Positions 23,683 to 37,206 of a stretch of 64,000 bases of DNA are shown piece by piece. Position numbers and translations under genes: made by a program. The DNA lies in contig AP026147.1 in the NCBI GenBank assembly GCA_030295235.1, forward strand, positions 248,001-312,000, written 5' to 3'. The DNA comes from Fistulifera solaris (lineage: Eukaryota). The stretch's first letter is position 1. Each line of letters begins with the position of its first letter. Below the pieces are notes generated by a model. The model was not told the DNA's origin, did no database searches, and saw only the letters and a program-made list of their open reading frames with translations.

Positions 23683-24683
23683 TTACCATGTTCTATAGCT
23701 GTTCAATTTTGGTGACAAAACTGTGTCCTCTGCCCCGCTTCCTTCGGATGTTGGCCGAACTACGGAAGATGCCGGTTGGACCGAGAAATGAACCAGTAGA
23801 TTGTCTATTTGCTGTGTGCATACAGGAGAATCTTCCGAAACCTTTGTTTGCACTCGCTTCGATCGTTCGGCTTGTGACTTGCCCTCCCGGACCTTTTTGG
23901 TTTGATACGTGCTCCTCACATCCATGGCCAGAACTTCACAAATACAAGCAACAAGGTGTTCGTAACCTTCATCGTCAGATTCACCGAAGGATCTACCATA
24001 AAACTTGGTTTTTCCCTCTTTCAGAATCCTTCGTATTGATTCACGTGCAGTGTCGGATAGTTTTACGGGTCGCTTTGTAGCCAAGCCCCCGGATACCCAA
24101 CTCGGAACACGGGCTACCTCGTCAATCGGGGAGTCGTAAGCTGCGACGTACGGCTTGATGTCTAAAACAGGCGTTCCATCGACTAAATCCAAACCGGAAA
24201 GTTCCAAGCTCACCGAATTGTTCTCAGCAATGATAATTTTGTCCAGTCGAGCCAAAGTGATACCGATTGGATTGAATCGATGCGGCGAACGTGTGGCGAG
24301 GACTCCAACTTTGCGTCCTCCCAAGGCGGGCGGAGCAATTTTGACACCCTTGTGTGGTGTATTCAAATGAAAGACAAAGACGATCCAGACATGCGAGTAC
24401 TTCGATAGCCCTTCCACGGCATGAGCATTGCTCAGGCGCAATCTTCTCCTCGGGCATGAGGCGCCAACAGGCCTTGACGCGGTGTCCCGACACATAGCCG
24501 ATAAATAGACTCGATTTTCCCGATCGATTCGACAACTAGTTTCCCATTCTTCATTTCATCCTCAACCGTTTTCCTGGTATTAGATTTTCTATACTTCTTC
24601 CGCAAAATCACTGCAGCGACTGTGGCAATCGATGCTCCTCCCAAGAGAGTCATAAGTGGCGGAAACTTGTTGCGAAACGTCAT
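23683..24683 (-). CDS. trmO: tRNA (adenine37-N6)-methyltransferase, TrmO/TsaA/YaeB family; frameshift near 24440
   Basis: IGKIESIYRLCVGTPRQG, SHVWIVFVFH, GVLATRSPHRFNPIG, LDLVDGTPVLDIKPY. Confidence 0.9.
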
Positions 24684-25176
24684 GCTTCTTCGTCTTAGTA
24701 ACAGCTCGGTCTCCCCCCTCAATGAAGGACTTCGAGAACTATAAAGCTTCTTGTTGCAATAAATGCTTGTTATGGCATTTAAAACTAACTACCAGATATT
24801 ATAATCGTCACATCATCATTACCAGTACGGAGTATTACCAGTATTTATTTTTTATTTCTCGCTTTTTCACTTCAATGGTGTCGGATGCATTAGGGACTGC
24901 GAACTAGGGACTCCATCGGCACTAGATACTCGCCAACTGGTTTTGAGTTTCACTAAGTACCAGTATTTTCCCTCTAACTATTCATATGCAAGACATCATT
25001 GTTTAGACCACAAATCGCTAACTCTTGTCGTCCGGTACTCAACGGAGGATGCGTTTTTGACGACCGATGCAAAATTTCTGAAACTTGCCACTTTATCGAA
25101 GTATTGCTAAACCACCTTCTTTGGGTCGAAAAGCCACATCGTTGTACCGAGTATTCATTCATCGACGTGTATCACC

Positions 25177-25874
25177 ATGGTGGCTGACCCGTACAAGACG
25201 TTGGGCTTGCCACACACGGCAACCCCCGCTCAAATCAAAAAGTCGTATCATACCTTGGCACGGAAATATCACCCTGATCGCGTACAGTCCAAGGCCGCAG
25301 CGGAAGTAGACTTTGCGAAAATAGCCGAAGCATACATCTTACTCAGCGATCCTCAACGCAAAGCCCAATACGATCACATTTACCAATACGGCGGGTATGA
25401 CGACGACAACAAGTCTTCATTTCCCAGAAAGAAGCGATCCCGAAAAGGCGTCGGATATGCCTGCAACGACCCGTTGTTCACCTATCTGTTTTCCCAGGGC
25501 AAAATACATTCGACGCGCGCCGTAGCGGGATTGAATTTCCCAGTCGCCTGGCCATGAATCAAGTGCGATTGGCATTTTCGTCGGGACAGGTGTGGAGCGT
25601 GGAACCCGAAACTCGGATTTATCAAAGTCAAACGATTCATTATGAACGAGGTCAGCAATATACGCGCACGGAGAAGACCATACTGCACAAAGATGGACGG
25701 CGAGAAGTGATTTTAATCGATAAAGATGAACAGGGACATTCGAAGAAGCAGTACTATATTTTGAATGGTAAACCGATCGTGGATGGTGATTCTACCTGGT
25801 ACAACAATACGTGGCAAGAAGTCAAAGAATCATTTTTGATGTGTTACGCGCCTTGCACAGCGGTAACGAATTGA
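25177..25874 (+). CDS. DnaJ (J-domain) protein; frameshift near 25540
   Basis: DPYKTLGL, ARKYHPD, FAKIAEAYILLSDPQRKAQYD. Confidence 0.9.
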
Positions 25875-26448
25875 AATGGTTGATCGCACGCTTGCGTAGG
25901 GATCATCTTTTGTAGGAAGCTACCAGTTTTGAGAAAACAGTTTAATGTCTAGAATCATGGCTACCAAGTATGTTCTATCCGTTGCAATAATTCGAAATGC
26001 AAGCACCAAAGTATAGAACATAGTACTACTATTATCTTCAGGCGAAAAGTCGCTTCAGGTTTTTTTCTGAGTATACCAGAATTGAGCGGACAAAAGCACA
26101 GCCAACGACAATAATAGCGCCGAAGATATTATTATCTGTACTATAGGATTGCCAAGAATTGCTACCAGTACCTGGTACGTTCTTGCTCATTAGTTCGACA
26201 AGTGCCAAGACTGCTATAATCGGTCGAGTAGTCGCGAAATATAATTATTATCTTGTCCCTGGCTCATGACTGAAAATCCAGTCTTGCGAAAAGTAACCTA
26301 CACTCCGGCCTAGATAAAATAAAGCCTTTATCCTTACACGACAAAAATTCGAAAGAAATATAAGTTTGCCGCCGCAATTTTCGATTGCCGCGCATTATTT
26401 CGCAATGTAACCGGAAATGGGAAAAGTCCTTTATTAATCATAATAACG

Positions 26449-28307
26449 ATGACCATGCAAGTTGACGAGAAGCGATATTCGCAAGTGATTTTTCAAAAAC
26501 AATCCGGTGAACTGGTGTTAACTGAAACGGGTTTACAATTCGGAACATGGCAAATATCGTGGACTCAACTCGTCAAGCATCAAGTGAGTCCGGCTTCGTA
26601 TCCGAAGGCTTTATTGAAGCTGGTATTGCAAGGAGAAACGAATGCGACCTTCCAATTATCCAATCGAACCGACTTGGAACAAATCCGCAAAGAAATATCG
26701 ATTCATTTGCAACAACGTTCAAAGAAACGCCCGCACAGTGAAGTAGCTATTGTCACGTACGGTGCGCCTCTCGATGCGACCGCGACCGCCGTCACACGTG
26801 CGTCTCTACTAGCGGCGCATCCTTCGTTACGACAACAACATGCGTATTTGGTACAAGAAACATGCACATTGACGGAAGATGAATTTTGGGAAACGCATCA
26901 ACATTTGCTGCAAGAAGAGCATGCCCGAATTTCCGGCTTGGCCCAAGCCGGCCGGAGTTCCTTCATGCAATCGCGCTTACCGACATCCGGCCGGATTACC
27001 TTGGGCGTAGAAGAAATGCGACAAATCTTCATAATGTATCCGGCCGTGCACAAAGCGTACGAAGAAAAAGTACCCCTGGAACTATCCGATGAACAGTTTT
27101 GGAGAAAATACCTCGAATCGGAATATTTTCATCGAGATCGTGGACGACTGGGGACGGTGGCTCGAAATCACGCCAATGGAGAGGAAACAAACAATAATAA
27201 GAATGGAAAAAAAGCCCAGCGGGCCGTCAATGGAAGAGCAAGATGCGCGCGCGGCAGCCGTCGGCACGGATGATTTCTTTTCTCGCTATGCGCAAAAATT
27301 ACAACAAGAGCAAAAGCCGCTCGATCATACCAAAGTGGGTCGTCGTTTGGCCACTGGTCAGTTCGACTTGGCTTCGACGCTCGAAACGGAACGAGGGCAT
27401 TTGTTACAAGGACCAAAAGACAATCATCCTTCCAATGTTCACGACGATGAGAAGGGCGCCCGCGTCATTGCGAAATACAACCGACACTGGGCCATGGTGT
27501 TGCATCCTGACGACGCGGTTGCCGGTGCCGATCTTTTGAATGTGGCGCGACAAAGCCCGCTCCAAGTCTTACCGGACGATGAAGATGCGAAGTGGGGCGG
27601 AGGCGTACATAGAGAAATGCAGCGACTGGTCGGATTTGCGGAAGCTACGGAAGAGGAGGCAAATCACGCGGATGGCAGAAAGGCCGACGATGCGTATGAG
27701 CCTCTCTCGCTCAAGAATGTAGAGGCCTATTATTCTTTCAAGCAGTCGGGAAATAATACTACTACAGAAACATCCGAAGAGGCCAATGAACGCTATAAAG
27801 TGTTTGCCAACACGATTTTAGGGAATGTGAACGCACTGGTCCAAGAACTCGTTGCCGACGAAACAAAACTGACCGAACTTCCGCCAACCTGCTTTCCGCC
27901 ACCGAAACTGGGACGCGAACTGCTTTCGGCGCTCACCAAGAAGATGGCGGCCGACGCGCGTACCGATTCGGCGTCTCTCGCCATGGTGGAACAGCTTCCT
28001 TCGGAATTTCGAGAAAAGCTACAAATCTACTTTCGTCGTTGCTCCGAACTCCTGCGGCACTTTTTTTGCCTTGCGTCAGATGAAAAACAGCGGCGAGAAG
28101 CTAGCTCGTATCGTGCTGGGGATGGAGACATTTTACCGAGAACTGGATACGATGCGGAAGAGTTTTCCCCACACGGATGCCGGAAACATGATGCAAAAGA
28201 TGTGTCTTCCTTTGATGGACCAGCTGGATTGGGCATTTAAGCTGCATCGAGAAGGCAGTGGCGTCGGTGGAGGTGGTGGTTTTGTTACAGTGGAAGAAAT
28301 CTACTAG
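26449..28307 (+). CDS. GTF2H1: TFIIH p62 subunit (Tfb1/GTF2H1): PH-like plus BSD domains; frameshifts near 27210 and 28065
   Basis: N-terminal PH-like HQVSP...LLKLV; BSD motifs LTEDEFW and IFIMYPAVHKAY..VP..LSDEQFW; C-terminal ELLRHFF. Confidence 0.85.
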
Positions 28308-28668
28308 AGTCACATTCTAAATGAAAGTATCGTCGTTTCACCTAGAGACCTAGAGTCTACCAGGTACAGTACAGTCTCATTCCCTATTCATGCATTCCGA
28401 AGTCGCATTAGCCTGTAACCTTATTATTGTATATTATTTGCGGTCTGCGGTCATTCGGCGTTCGGCGGCAGCTATGTCTCATCGTAGCGGTACTCAATCA
28501 TAACTAAAAAACTCAACGCTCGCGTCTCTTTCCCGCTCCCCGCTCATCGGCAACAAAAAAGTCACCATGGTGAGATAGCAGAGTAACGGCATCTTTATTT
28601 AGACGAATTGCTCCTTCGCCTGCTTTAACAACAGCTTCTTTTCAACTTTTTGTTTTGAATGAAAGAAA

Positions 28669-31600
28669 ATGGAAGCCCGTGGACCCGAAGATAACGAAGA
28701 CGCGATTCGTTTTGAAGATTTAACGGTCGATGATGATCTGCCCATTTTAGAACGCATCGTCCGCTACACGGGCAGTCAAATTGCTTTACAACGTTTAGTA
28801 CACGTCAAAATGTTGGCGGAAACGGCGCAATTGGCGGGGTAAGTCGCCTTGCGCTTTTGGGGTTGCTGGCATTCCTTTCTCACTCACTTGTTTTCTCCTA
28901 GCCGCGTCCCCACACAAAAAGTATTGATCCCCATGCTCGAAAATTTGTTAAATGATGCTGAATCGGTCATTCGGCAGCACATTGCGGGACAATTATTACA
29001 ACTAAGTATGATCGCCATGATCGAAGAACCTCCCCCAAAGTAGATTGGGAGGAATTTGTGCATCGACCTCTTCCGAAGGACATGAAAATCAACAAAGAAG
29101 GATATCAAACGGTGTTGGAACACGTCATACCCTATTTGCGCGTCTTTCTATCGGACGCCGAAGTCGATGTCCGTCGAGCGGCTTCCGATTGTCTCGCTGG
29201 ATTGGCGTTGCATTTGAAACCAGCGCATGTTACCGAATTTTGTTTGCCGATTGCCCTGGAACTGGCCAACGAAAAGCCTCATCAACCCAGTACCAGCAAG
29301 AAACGGACCGAAGCCGAACAGCGCATGGAAGAATTGCGGACGACGGCTTGTAATCTGTTGGCGGAAATGGGAGGAGCTGCCAGTGAGTATCCGGAATCGC
29401 GAGCGCGGGCGTCGGCGTGGGTACACGCGCACGTCTTGCCGGCCGTTTTGGAATTGTGTCAAGACGATGGCTTTCGGGTCCGACGATCGGCGGCACAGGC
29501 GCTCCCACGGGTCATGGGGGCCGCGTCGTTTGAGGCGGTGCGGGATCAAATTGTGCCGGCCTTTGAAGCGCTGAGTCAAGATGAAGCGCACCGGGTTCGT
29601 AAATCAACGGGCGAATGTTTGGTCGATATGTCGCGAGCATTGATGATCTTGGCGGCAGCGGAACCAGCACATGCGGAAGATTTGTTACAATTGCGAAGGG
29701 ATGTGTTACTACCGATTGCGGATCGACTGATTCAGGATGGACAAAAACAAGTTCGTCAGGGGATGATGCAATTCCTTGGTCCGTTTATGGCCTCATTTTA
29801 TCCGTATCAAACATCGGCTTTAACAAGAGTACTACCGACGACTACAGAGTCCGATGGATCGCATCATTTGGGTGTAGTGGCACAGTTCTTTCCCCACGCA
29901 AGTAGCATGGTGGCCCGATTGAATTCGTCGCAGAACTCAATCTTGTTAACACCGACACCCGTTCATTCCAGTACCGATCCATTCTTTCCGCGACCACTCA
30001 CAGAAATGGAAAGGTTACGGAAATCGTTGCCCGAATACTTCTATGCCAGTCAAATATCGAGCCTTTCTTCTCATGCGGTGGTGTGGGATCGCACCCGAAA
30101 TCCTCCTGCTCCGGCTGATTTGCAAGCCATTTCGGAAATATTACTGGATTATTTTGCCGCATTATCGGTCGTTAGTACCGGTGACGAAAATACCGATGCA
30201 GAAATGCGGGTCTATTGCGCCTATTCCTTTCCAGCATTAGTCTTGCTGTTGGGTCCTGACAATTGGGACGGCAGCTTGCGCACATGTTTTTTCACTCTAT
30301 TGAACCCTTTGTACGGGCAAGAGACAAATGACGATGACGATGTACTGGAGCCACCGTTACCTGTAAAGCGTTGTTTGGCCAGCTCACTACATACGGTGGC
30401 GCATGTTCTGGGCCCCGCCTTGGCGGCGCGTGATATCGTTCCCGCTATTTCCGAATTCTTTTTGCCGGATGGCGATGAATCCGTGCGACTCAACATTATC
30501 CGAAATTTTGCTTCTATGATGCAAGCACTACACCAAGAAGACCGCGGGGCTCCATTTTTGGTATGGAGTGAAATCATTCAGGGCGAATCGTTTCTAGGGG
30601 GTCGCAAACGGAGCGCAAGCAACCCAGTTGTACTGAATTGGAGACAACGCAACTACTTGGCACGCAGCTTGCCGGAATTAATATTATTGGTGAATCCGAA
30701 GCTAGTACGAGAACACATTTGGCCCATTCTGAAATTGTTGTTGACAGACACAGTGAATGATGTGCGCGAAGACGCTTTGTGGAGCATAAGTTTGATCGTG
30801 CAACGATGCATGTGCGCAGAAACGATAAATAAATGGGGTGGCATTGAAAATCCTGAAAAGTTTGCTAAGGAGTTTTTCTCCGAAATGATCACTTGGATTT
30901 TTGCCAATATCCTTTCCAATCCTCCTTCTCTTATAACAGGAAAAACACGACCCTCCAATTTCAGCGATCGCCAAGTATTTTGTCGAATATGTGGCAGCCT
31001 TGGATTGGCGTTGCGGTTGGCTAACCAAGAGACTGCAACCCCACAGGATAATGTCAAAAGCCTACGGCGGACACTAAAATCCCTGTTTCCGGACGCGAAA
31101 ATGCCTGTATTTTGTTATGAATCCATGACAGCTGCCGAACAGAAGGTTATCCAAACCATGCTTGTCGATAACTTGTTGCCGCGTTCGTTGATGATGAAAG
31201 ATGATAGGACCAGCAATGTGCGTATTACCTTGATGAAAGTTTTGCAAATCATGCCCAAGGATATCAGATTATCGAAATCCGTGAAATCTGTTCTGAAGGA
31301 GCTAGAAGACGAATGGGAAACGTGGACAAGTTTCGGGGAAGAATTGGAGAATGACGACGAGAGCAACCAGAAAGCACACACCAGTCCCAAAAATAAAGGA
31401 GAAGTACAACAAGATCAGCAGGATTCGAGCAGTGGTACAAATGACGAACCAGAGATACCACGTGAAATTCGAACGGTCGTATTTGAAGATGGCCCAATTG
31501 GGATGCAATTGGAACCAACAAAAGGTGACAAAGCCTGCAGAATATATGGGTTTAACGACTTTGGCGACGAGCTCAGTCCTGCACATGCTTCAGGACTTAT

Positions 31601-32044
31601 TGAAATCGGGGACGTCATTGTCAGCGTGAATGGAACGATTGTCCAATCCTATGATGAGACTATTGAGTTACTGAAGTCCGGTGGGAAACGAATAGTGTGT
31701 TTCCGTACGGGGTCAGAAGCCGAGCGTTATGTATCTGATGAAGGTTCTATCGATGAAGAGGAAGAAGAAAGACGCCTTAGAAAAGCGAAAAAGAAAGTAA
31801 GAAATCGAAGAAACCTAAAAAAGAAAAGCTCGAGTCCGAAAGCGGAGATAAGCGTGGGAAAACTAAAAGTCGTGAAACGGTCTCTTCGCCCAACGATGAA
31901 GCCTCGGCCGCATCGGGTACCTCCCTTGGCGCGGATGCCGAATCCAACGAAATCAGCGATGACAAAGACAAGAAGTCTAAAAAGTCCAAAAAGGAGAAGA
32001 AGGAAAAGAAAGAAAAGAAGGAACACAAAACCAAGCAAAAGTAG
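28669..32044 (+). CDS. PP4R1/PP2A-A-like HEAT-repeat phosphatase regulatory subunit with a C-terminal PDZ domain and Lys-rich tail; intron 28839-28901, frameshifts near 29035 and 31800
   Basis: LERIVRYTGSQIALQRLVHVKML, HEAT motifs (DVRRAA, FRVRRSAA, HRVRKS), YCAYSFPA, NWRQR; PDZ GPIGMQL...GDVIVSVNG. Confidence 0.8.
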
Positions 32045-32210
32045 GTTTTAATTCGACGAAAATAAGTGAACTGTTTGTTGCTAGTTACAAGCGATTCGAA
32101 TAAGTGAATACTAGAGTACATGGAATTATAATATCAAAAGTAGTTTGCTAACGGTACGATGAGAATGCGGCCAGTGTATAGCAAGAAGTCCGGTTCTTTC
32201 CATTTGCCGC

Positions 32211-33224
32211 TCAGCATGGATGACAAAAAGAAAAGTCGTTCGAACTTTCAGGTCCAGCGGGAATGTCGCATCCGCTTCGCAAAAACATTGCCTGCGTTAT
32301 GCAGGAGTCGGGAATGTTATCCTTCCAGGTGCATAGCGATTGATCGAACCATTTGGCGTCGTAAAACATGTATTTCATGTCTGTAACCTGTGACACTTGC
32401 CAAGAGCTTAAATCATGATTGAACGCAACCGCCGAGGAAAACATGGCTTCCATGCTTGTCACTGACGATGTGTCCCATGATCCAATGTCCTGGTTGAAGG
32501 AAGATGCACCAGCAAAAGTATTTCTCATAGAAGTAACCGCACCCGTTTTCCAAAAGCTCACCTCACCGTCAAAGCTAGTGGCCAGTCGAAACATGTCGTC
32601 CATGTCAGTGACCTTTTCAGTATTCCAGCCGCCAAGATCCTGGTCAAAGGACGAAGCCTTGTTAAACATACCCGACATGTCTTTCACGGAGCTGGTCGTC
32701 CACGATCCAATGTCTTGGTCGAACAAAGTGGCCCCAGAAAACATTTTGGACATATCCGTCACCGCCGCCGTTTTCCAATTCGAAATATCGTTGTTGAACA
32801 CCACCGCTTTCTCAAACATACTTCTCATACTAGTGGCGGACGACGTATCCCATCCACCGATCTCCTGGTCAAACGCTCGCGCTTGCGCAAACATCTGGGT
32901 CATATTCTTCACGTTCGATACGTCCCATGTGCTGATGTCTTGATTGAACGAGAACGCTTGATAGAACATGCGCGACATGTCGGTTGCCGACGACACGTCC
33001 CAACCACTTATGTCTTCATTAAACTCGATCAGTCGTTCTACCATCAGGTCCTCTGCCGAAAAGATGGACGAAAAGTCCTTTACTTGCGAGACATCCCATT
33101 GTCCTATGGGAACCCATCCTCGTGGATTGCGAGTGTAGAGTTGCACGGCACTCCGGAGAGCGATTTTGGTGCGAAAACTGGAAGGCTTACCGATGCATAC
33201 ATCTTCACAACATACACGGATCAT
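32211..33224 (-). CDS. DUF285 / BspA-like surface-repeat protein
   Basis: About 9 repeats of ~25 aa FNQDISxWDVSxVTDMxxMF. Confidence 0.9.
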   Translation of the reverse strand: MIRVCCEDVCIGKPSSFRTKIALRSAVQLYTRNPRGWVPIGQWDVSQVKDFSSIFSAEDLMVERLIEFNEDISGWDVSSATDMSRMFYQAFSFNQDISTWDVSNVKNMTQMFAQARAFDQEIGGWDTSSATSMRSMFEKAVVFNNDISNWKTAAVTDMSKMFSGATLFDQDIGSWTTSSVKDMSGMFNKASSFDQDLGGWNTEKVTDMDDMFRLATSFDGEVSFWKTGAVTSMRNTFAGASSFNQDIGSWDTSSVTSMEAMFSSAVAFNHDLSSWQVSQVTDMKYMFYDAKWFDQSLCTWKDNIPDSCITQAMFLRSGCDIPAGPESSNDFSFCHPC

Positions 33225-34219
33225 GGTGCAGCGGGTGGCAAGAAAAGTTGTAGGTGGGAGAGCTATATTTTCAGAGAAAAGGAAAATTATGTTATGGATG
33301 TCATGATATCTCTAGAGTAGAACCCTTTGGAAAGAGTCTCACTTCGGATTGAAATCATGTTCTAGCAAACCTTTTCAACGTGAAGATGTGTCGAAATTGT
33401 TCTCTCCTGTCGGCTTTCTCTCGCGAAGGGGGGAAATGAGAAAAGTACCAGGTACTTGTATAATGAGGTGCGAGTGTTGCGACGAGTGCGAGCTGCGCAG
33501 TGAAAATCTAATTATGACCCGGTGACCTGTCTGTACTTTAAAGTTCATACTTCAATGAAGCTTTTTGGGCCCATGTTTCTCGGTCATTGAGCATCGGGAC
33601 TGAAACATGTGCGGGACTACTCAAGCCCGTCTGCCAGTGTGCCGTTGATCGTATCCATAGTAGACATGAAAAACTTCGGGGTAGCTGGTAGCTGGTAAGC
33701 TTACCAAGCAAATCCAACGTTCACTTTTGCGCAAAGACCTACAAGAGATCCGAAGGGACTGACAATTCATGCCTCGATCTATGATGTTGCATATCCATGC
33801 GGATCGTTATGGTCCCTATTCCCTATAAACCCAGAGTGTAGGCGACTTCCCCCAAGACTGAAATTCAGTCATGAATCATGGTGTAAGTGTAAGAGCAAAC
33901 GCTTATCACTTTCGTTGTGCGACCATGCTAACGCAAAGGGCTTCAACCACGATGCATACGATTCATCGTTATTAGCGACGTATTCCTTGATTCTTTATGT
34001 CGAAACATAGCGCGGATAGAAAATTTTTTAACTGACTATAGACTCATAAGCGGGCAGGTATTCGTCACGACTGCATTTCAGTCACGAGGCATCATCATCG
34101 CAAAATGCCGCGTTGCGATGCCTTGCGACGTTGCGACGAAAAGCAGGCAAGAACAACTTTATACGTAGTAATCGGCATTTCTCTGTCTACTTATTCGTGT
34201 GATCGAATTGCATCTTACT

Positions 34220-35134
34220 ATGGGAGAACGCAAAGTTGTGGCAAAATACATTCCTCCGGACTTTGATCCGTCGCTGGTTCCGCGGGGCAAGAAACTCTCG
34301 GCCAAAGATGGGACGGTGCCGGTGCGCATGATGTTGCCGTTTTCCATTCAGTGCAGCAATTGTCATACATTTTTATACAAAGGTCGCAAATTTAATTCGA
34401 AGAAAGAACCCATGGGAGGACCCGATGGTGTTTATTTGGGTATCACGCGATTTCGATTCTATATCAAATGTACACACTGCGCGAGGCCGGTCACGTTTCT
34501 AACCGATCCGAAGAATGCGGATTATGAGATGGAGAGCGGAGGGACGCGGAACTTTGAGTATACAAAAGACAAGCAAGAGCAAGAAGCGAATGCTGAGGAG
34601 GAAGAGGAAGAAAAGAAAAAGCTAGACCCTTTGGCTGCTCTGGAATCTAGAGTTCTTGATTCGCAACGAGAAATGGCAGAAATTGATCAACTGGAAGAGA
34701 TTCGTGCATTGAACGCAAAGCACCTCAATTTACTCAAGCCGGAGAATGGAAATTTTGGAGATGAAACTCAGGCAGTTTTGAATGCCGTACATTCTAGTGA
34801 GAAGGATAATGTTGATCCTAATAAAGAATCCTTAGAATTGACTGCAGAAGAGGAAGAACTCTTGAGATCTGTCAAATTTGGCAAACAAGAAAACAAATTA
34901 CGACGACTAGACGAAAGAGACGAGAAGCTGGCAGAAGAAAAGCGAAAGAAAGAGCTCGAACGAATCAGACAGAACGCCGCTGTGAATCAGCAGAAGAAGT
35001 CCGTAATAAACGTAGTAGCGCGCAAGCGTAAAGCCCCATCAGTGGATTCGGAAAACGTTGAGCAAGTGAAGCGTAAAGACGAGGGACTATCCTCTTTATT
35101 GACCGGCTACGGCTCTGAATCCGACTCTGATTGA
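34220..35134 (+). CDS. YJU2: Splicing factor YJU2 (CCDC94/CWC16)
   Basis: MGERKVVAKYIPPDFDPS, VRMMLPFSIQCxxC, GRKFNSKKE, CxxC, TDPKNADYEMESG. Confidence 0.95.
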   Translation: MGERKVVAKYIPPDFDPSLVPRGKKLSAKDGTVPVRMMLPFSIQCSNCHTFLYKGRKFNSKKEPMGGPDGVYLGITRFRFYIKCTHCARPVTFLTDPKNADYEMESGGTRNFEYTKDKQEQEANAEEEEEEKKKLDPLAALESRVLDSQREMAEIDQLEEIRALNAKHLNLLKPENGNFGDETQAVLNAVHSSEKDNVDPNKESLELTAEEEELLRSVKFGKQENKLRRLDERDEKLAEEKRKKELERIRQNAAVNQQKKSVINVVARKRKAPSVDSENVEQVKRKDEGLSSLLTGYGSESDSD

Positions 35135-36243
35135 GTGTTTTCATTTGACACTAATCGCTGCTGGCAGTCCTAAACGATGCCTCTGATACAAAGTATGAAT
35201 AAGAGCAACAGGGAGAGTTTCCGAGTATCCATTGCCATCTATGAAGTGACTATCAGCAATATAATGCTGGCGCACGTCACGACTTCACCACCCATAGTAT
35301 AATAAAACAACATCGACATCGACATGATCTGCCTATTCTTTAAGTGATTGAGAAGTAGCTGCAGAACCAAGCTTCAAATACGGGAACGGAAAAAGCCAAC
35401 TACCAACTAGTCGTTATGGATTTATCTAGGTCTGGTGCCTGGTTTTGGTTACTCCATTCTTACAATGATTAGACTAGTATGTTTCATAGGCGACGAAGTC
35501 TGGATTTTAGGGCCAGTCGTATAGAATCTATCTTGCTTTGCAAACGAACTATGATCCCAAGGCCATGCCTCATGCCTCGTTCGCTGCTTGCTTGTTCCTT
35601 CGTCTTTTGGGCTTCTCGGCTCTTATCCTTCATTTATCTCCACCAATGACCAATGGGAAGGTGATCTGGAATCTGGATGGGATATGGGATTCTAATGAAG
35701 CAGGAGTTGGCCGTGGCGTTCGATACGCTCTTTACCACACAGGATACATGTGACTGTGACTGCCGGAGGCCGACTCTTGACTCTTGACACGACTTGAAGG
35801 AATCAAAATGACGAAAGAAAGATTTGCGTGACTCCGTTCAAGACCTTGCTCCGATAAACAAGAACTACAGTACGACTATAGGAGTTGCTGTTTATGCAAC
35901 CCTTTTTCGGTATTGAAGGTGTCATATATACATCATTTGATTGGCTGTCTGGGGACGTGTTCTGGCCTCTGATTTCTGATTGGTTTCCTTTCTTCGAATA
36001 CCAGCAGGAAAAGCTGTCCATTCAGTATACAATTTATGAGTAGTTGCGAGGTCTGAAGCTCACAGCCACAGAAATTGAAAACAACCTCCTGACCACTTTA
36101 CCGTAGCAGCGCTACTGGCCAACTTCTTCCTACGAAAAACTCCGTATTGATTATTTGTGCAACGTCAATTTTTGCTGGTGTCTTTCAATCAAAATTCGTG
36201 ATCACCCCCGTTTGCCCTGAATCTGGAGTAAAAGCCACTTTGA

Positions 36244-36959
36244 ATGCAGCCCTCGACCATGGGATTAAGCCTCTCAAAAGATGATTTATCTTGTTTTACA
36301 AGTAAAAACGAGGTTCGAGGCTCGGCCCGAAAGATGACTATTACGTCGCATCGTAGGGCTTCACGCATCGCTAAAAACGGCTTGAATGTCTCTAGTAGCT
36401 TTCGAAATACAGCCATCAAACCGTACTCAACGAAGGCTGGAAATGTGTTCGATGATGATACCGTGAGTACACGCGGTTCTCGAAGAATCGCAAAGGAAGC
36501 TGCTCAAAAGGAGGCCTCTAATTCTGCTGGTGGTATTATGGGGATGTTCAAGCGGCAATCGTTTGCATCTGATCATAGCCACCCTCGTTCCGCTTTTCGA
36601 CAAGATTCGGCTGCTTACGATCCCTCAAGTCCAATGTCTCGTGGTTCAGAAGACACAGACATGGAGGAGGCTTCTTCGAGCCCTCTACCCATTCCTACAA
36701 GCCCAGGCCCTGTGTCCAAGCCTACTCTTGTGGACGAAGACCACGAAGTCGATCATCTACGACGCGTCTACGATATGAGGACCTGGGATATGTATATTCG
36801 CATTACAGAGTCTCGTCGGCATTCCAATTATCAGAGCCAGGCCCCCGCAAACAGCTATGCGTGTGGGTCGGTGTAACAATGGATCACCATTGCGATCCAA
36901 ATGCCGGATGCCACTCATCAAGCGAATACGACGAAGAGCTAATGTTTCACCTTGAATAG
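36244..36959 (+). CDS. Hypothetical Ser-rich protein; probable frameshift near 36860
   Basis: ORF with a conserved-looking YDMRTWDMYIRITESR motif; the shifted frame ends DEELMFHLE*. Confidence 0.55.
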
Positions 36960-37206
36960 CAGCTACTCGCGCTACGCTAATTTCCCACCGATTGAGTGCG
37001 GAACCTTCAGCTACGAGCTACGAAGATACAATTTTCTGTAAAAGAAGGAAGCTAATTAGTTTTGAAATACTTAGTCTAGTCAATGAAACTATTTTTAACA
37101 AAGCCTTTATCAATTAAATTCATCTTATAATGTAGTGTGCAATTGATGCTAAGGAATAATGCATATATTCATCACAAATTAGAGTGGACTACTCTACCAG
37201 TAGCTT

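Noticed and set aside
26449..28307. TFIIH p62 and other split genes as pseudogenes or programmed frameshifts
   Set aside because: Breaks fall at homopolymers in essential, otherwise conserved genes; sequencing error is the simpler explanation
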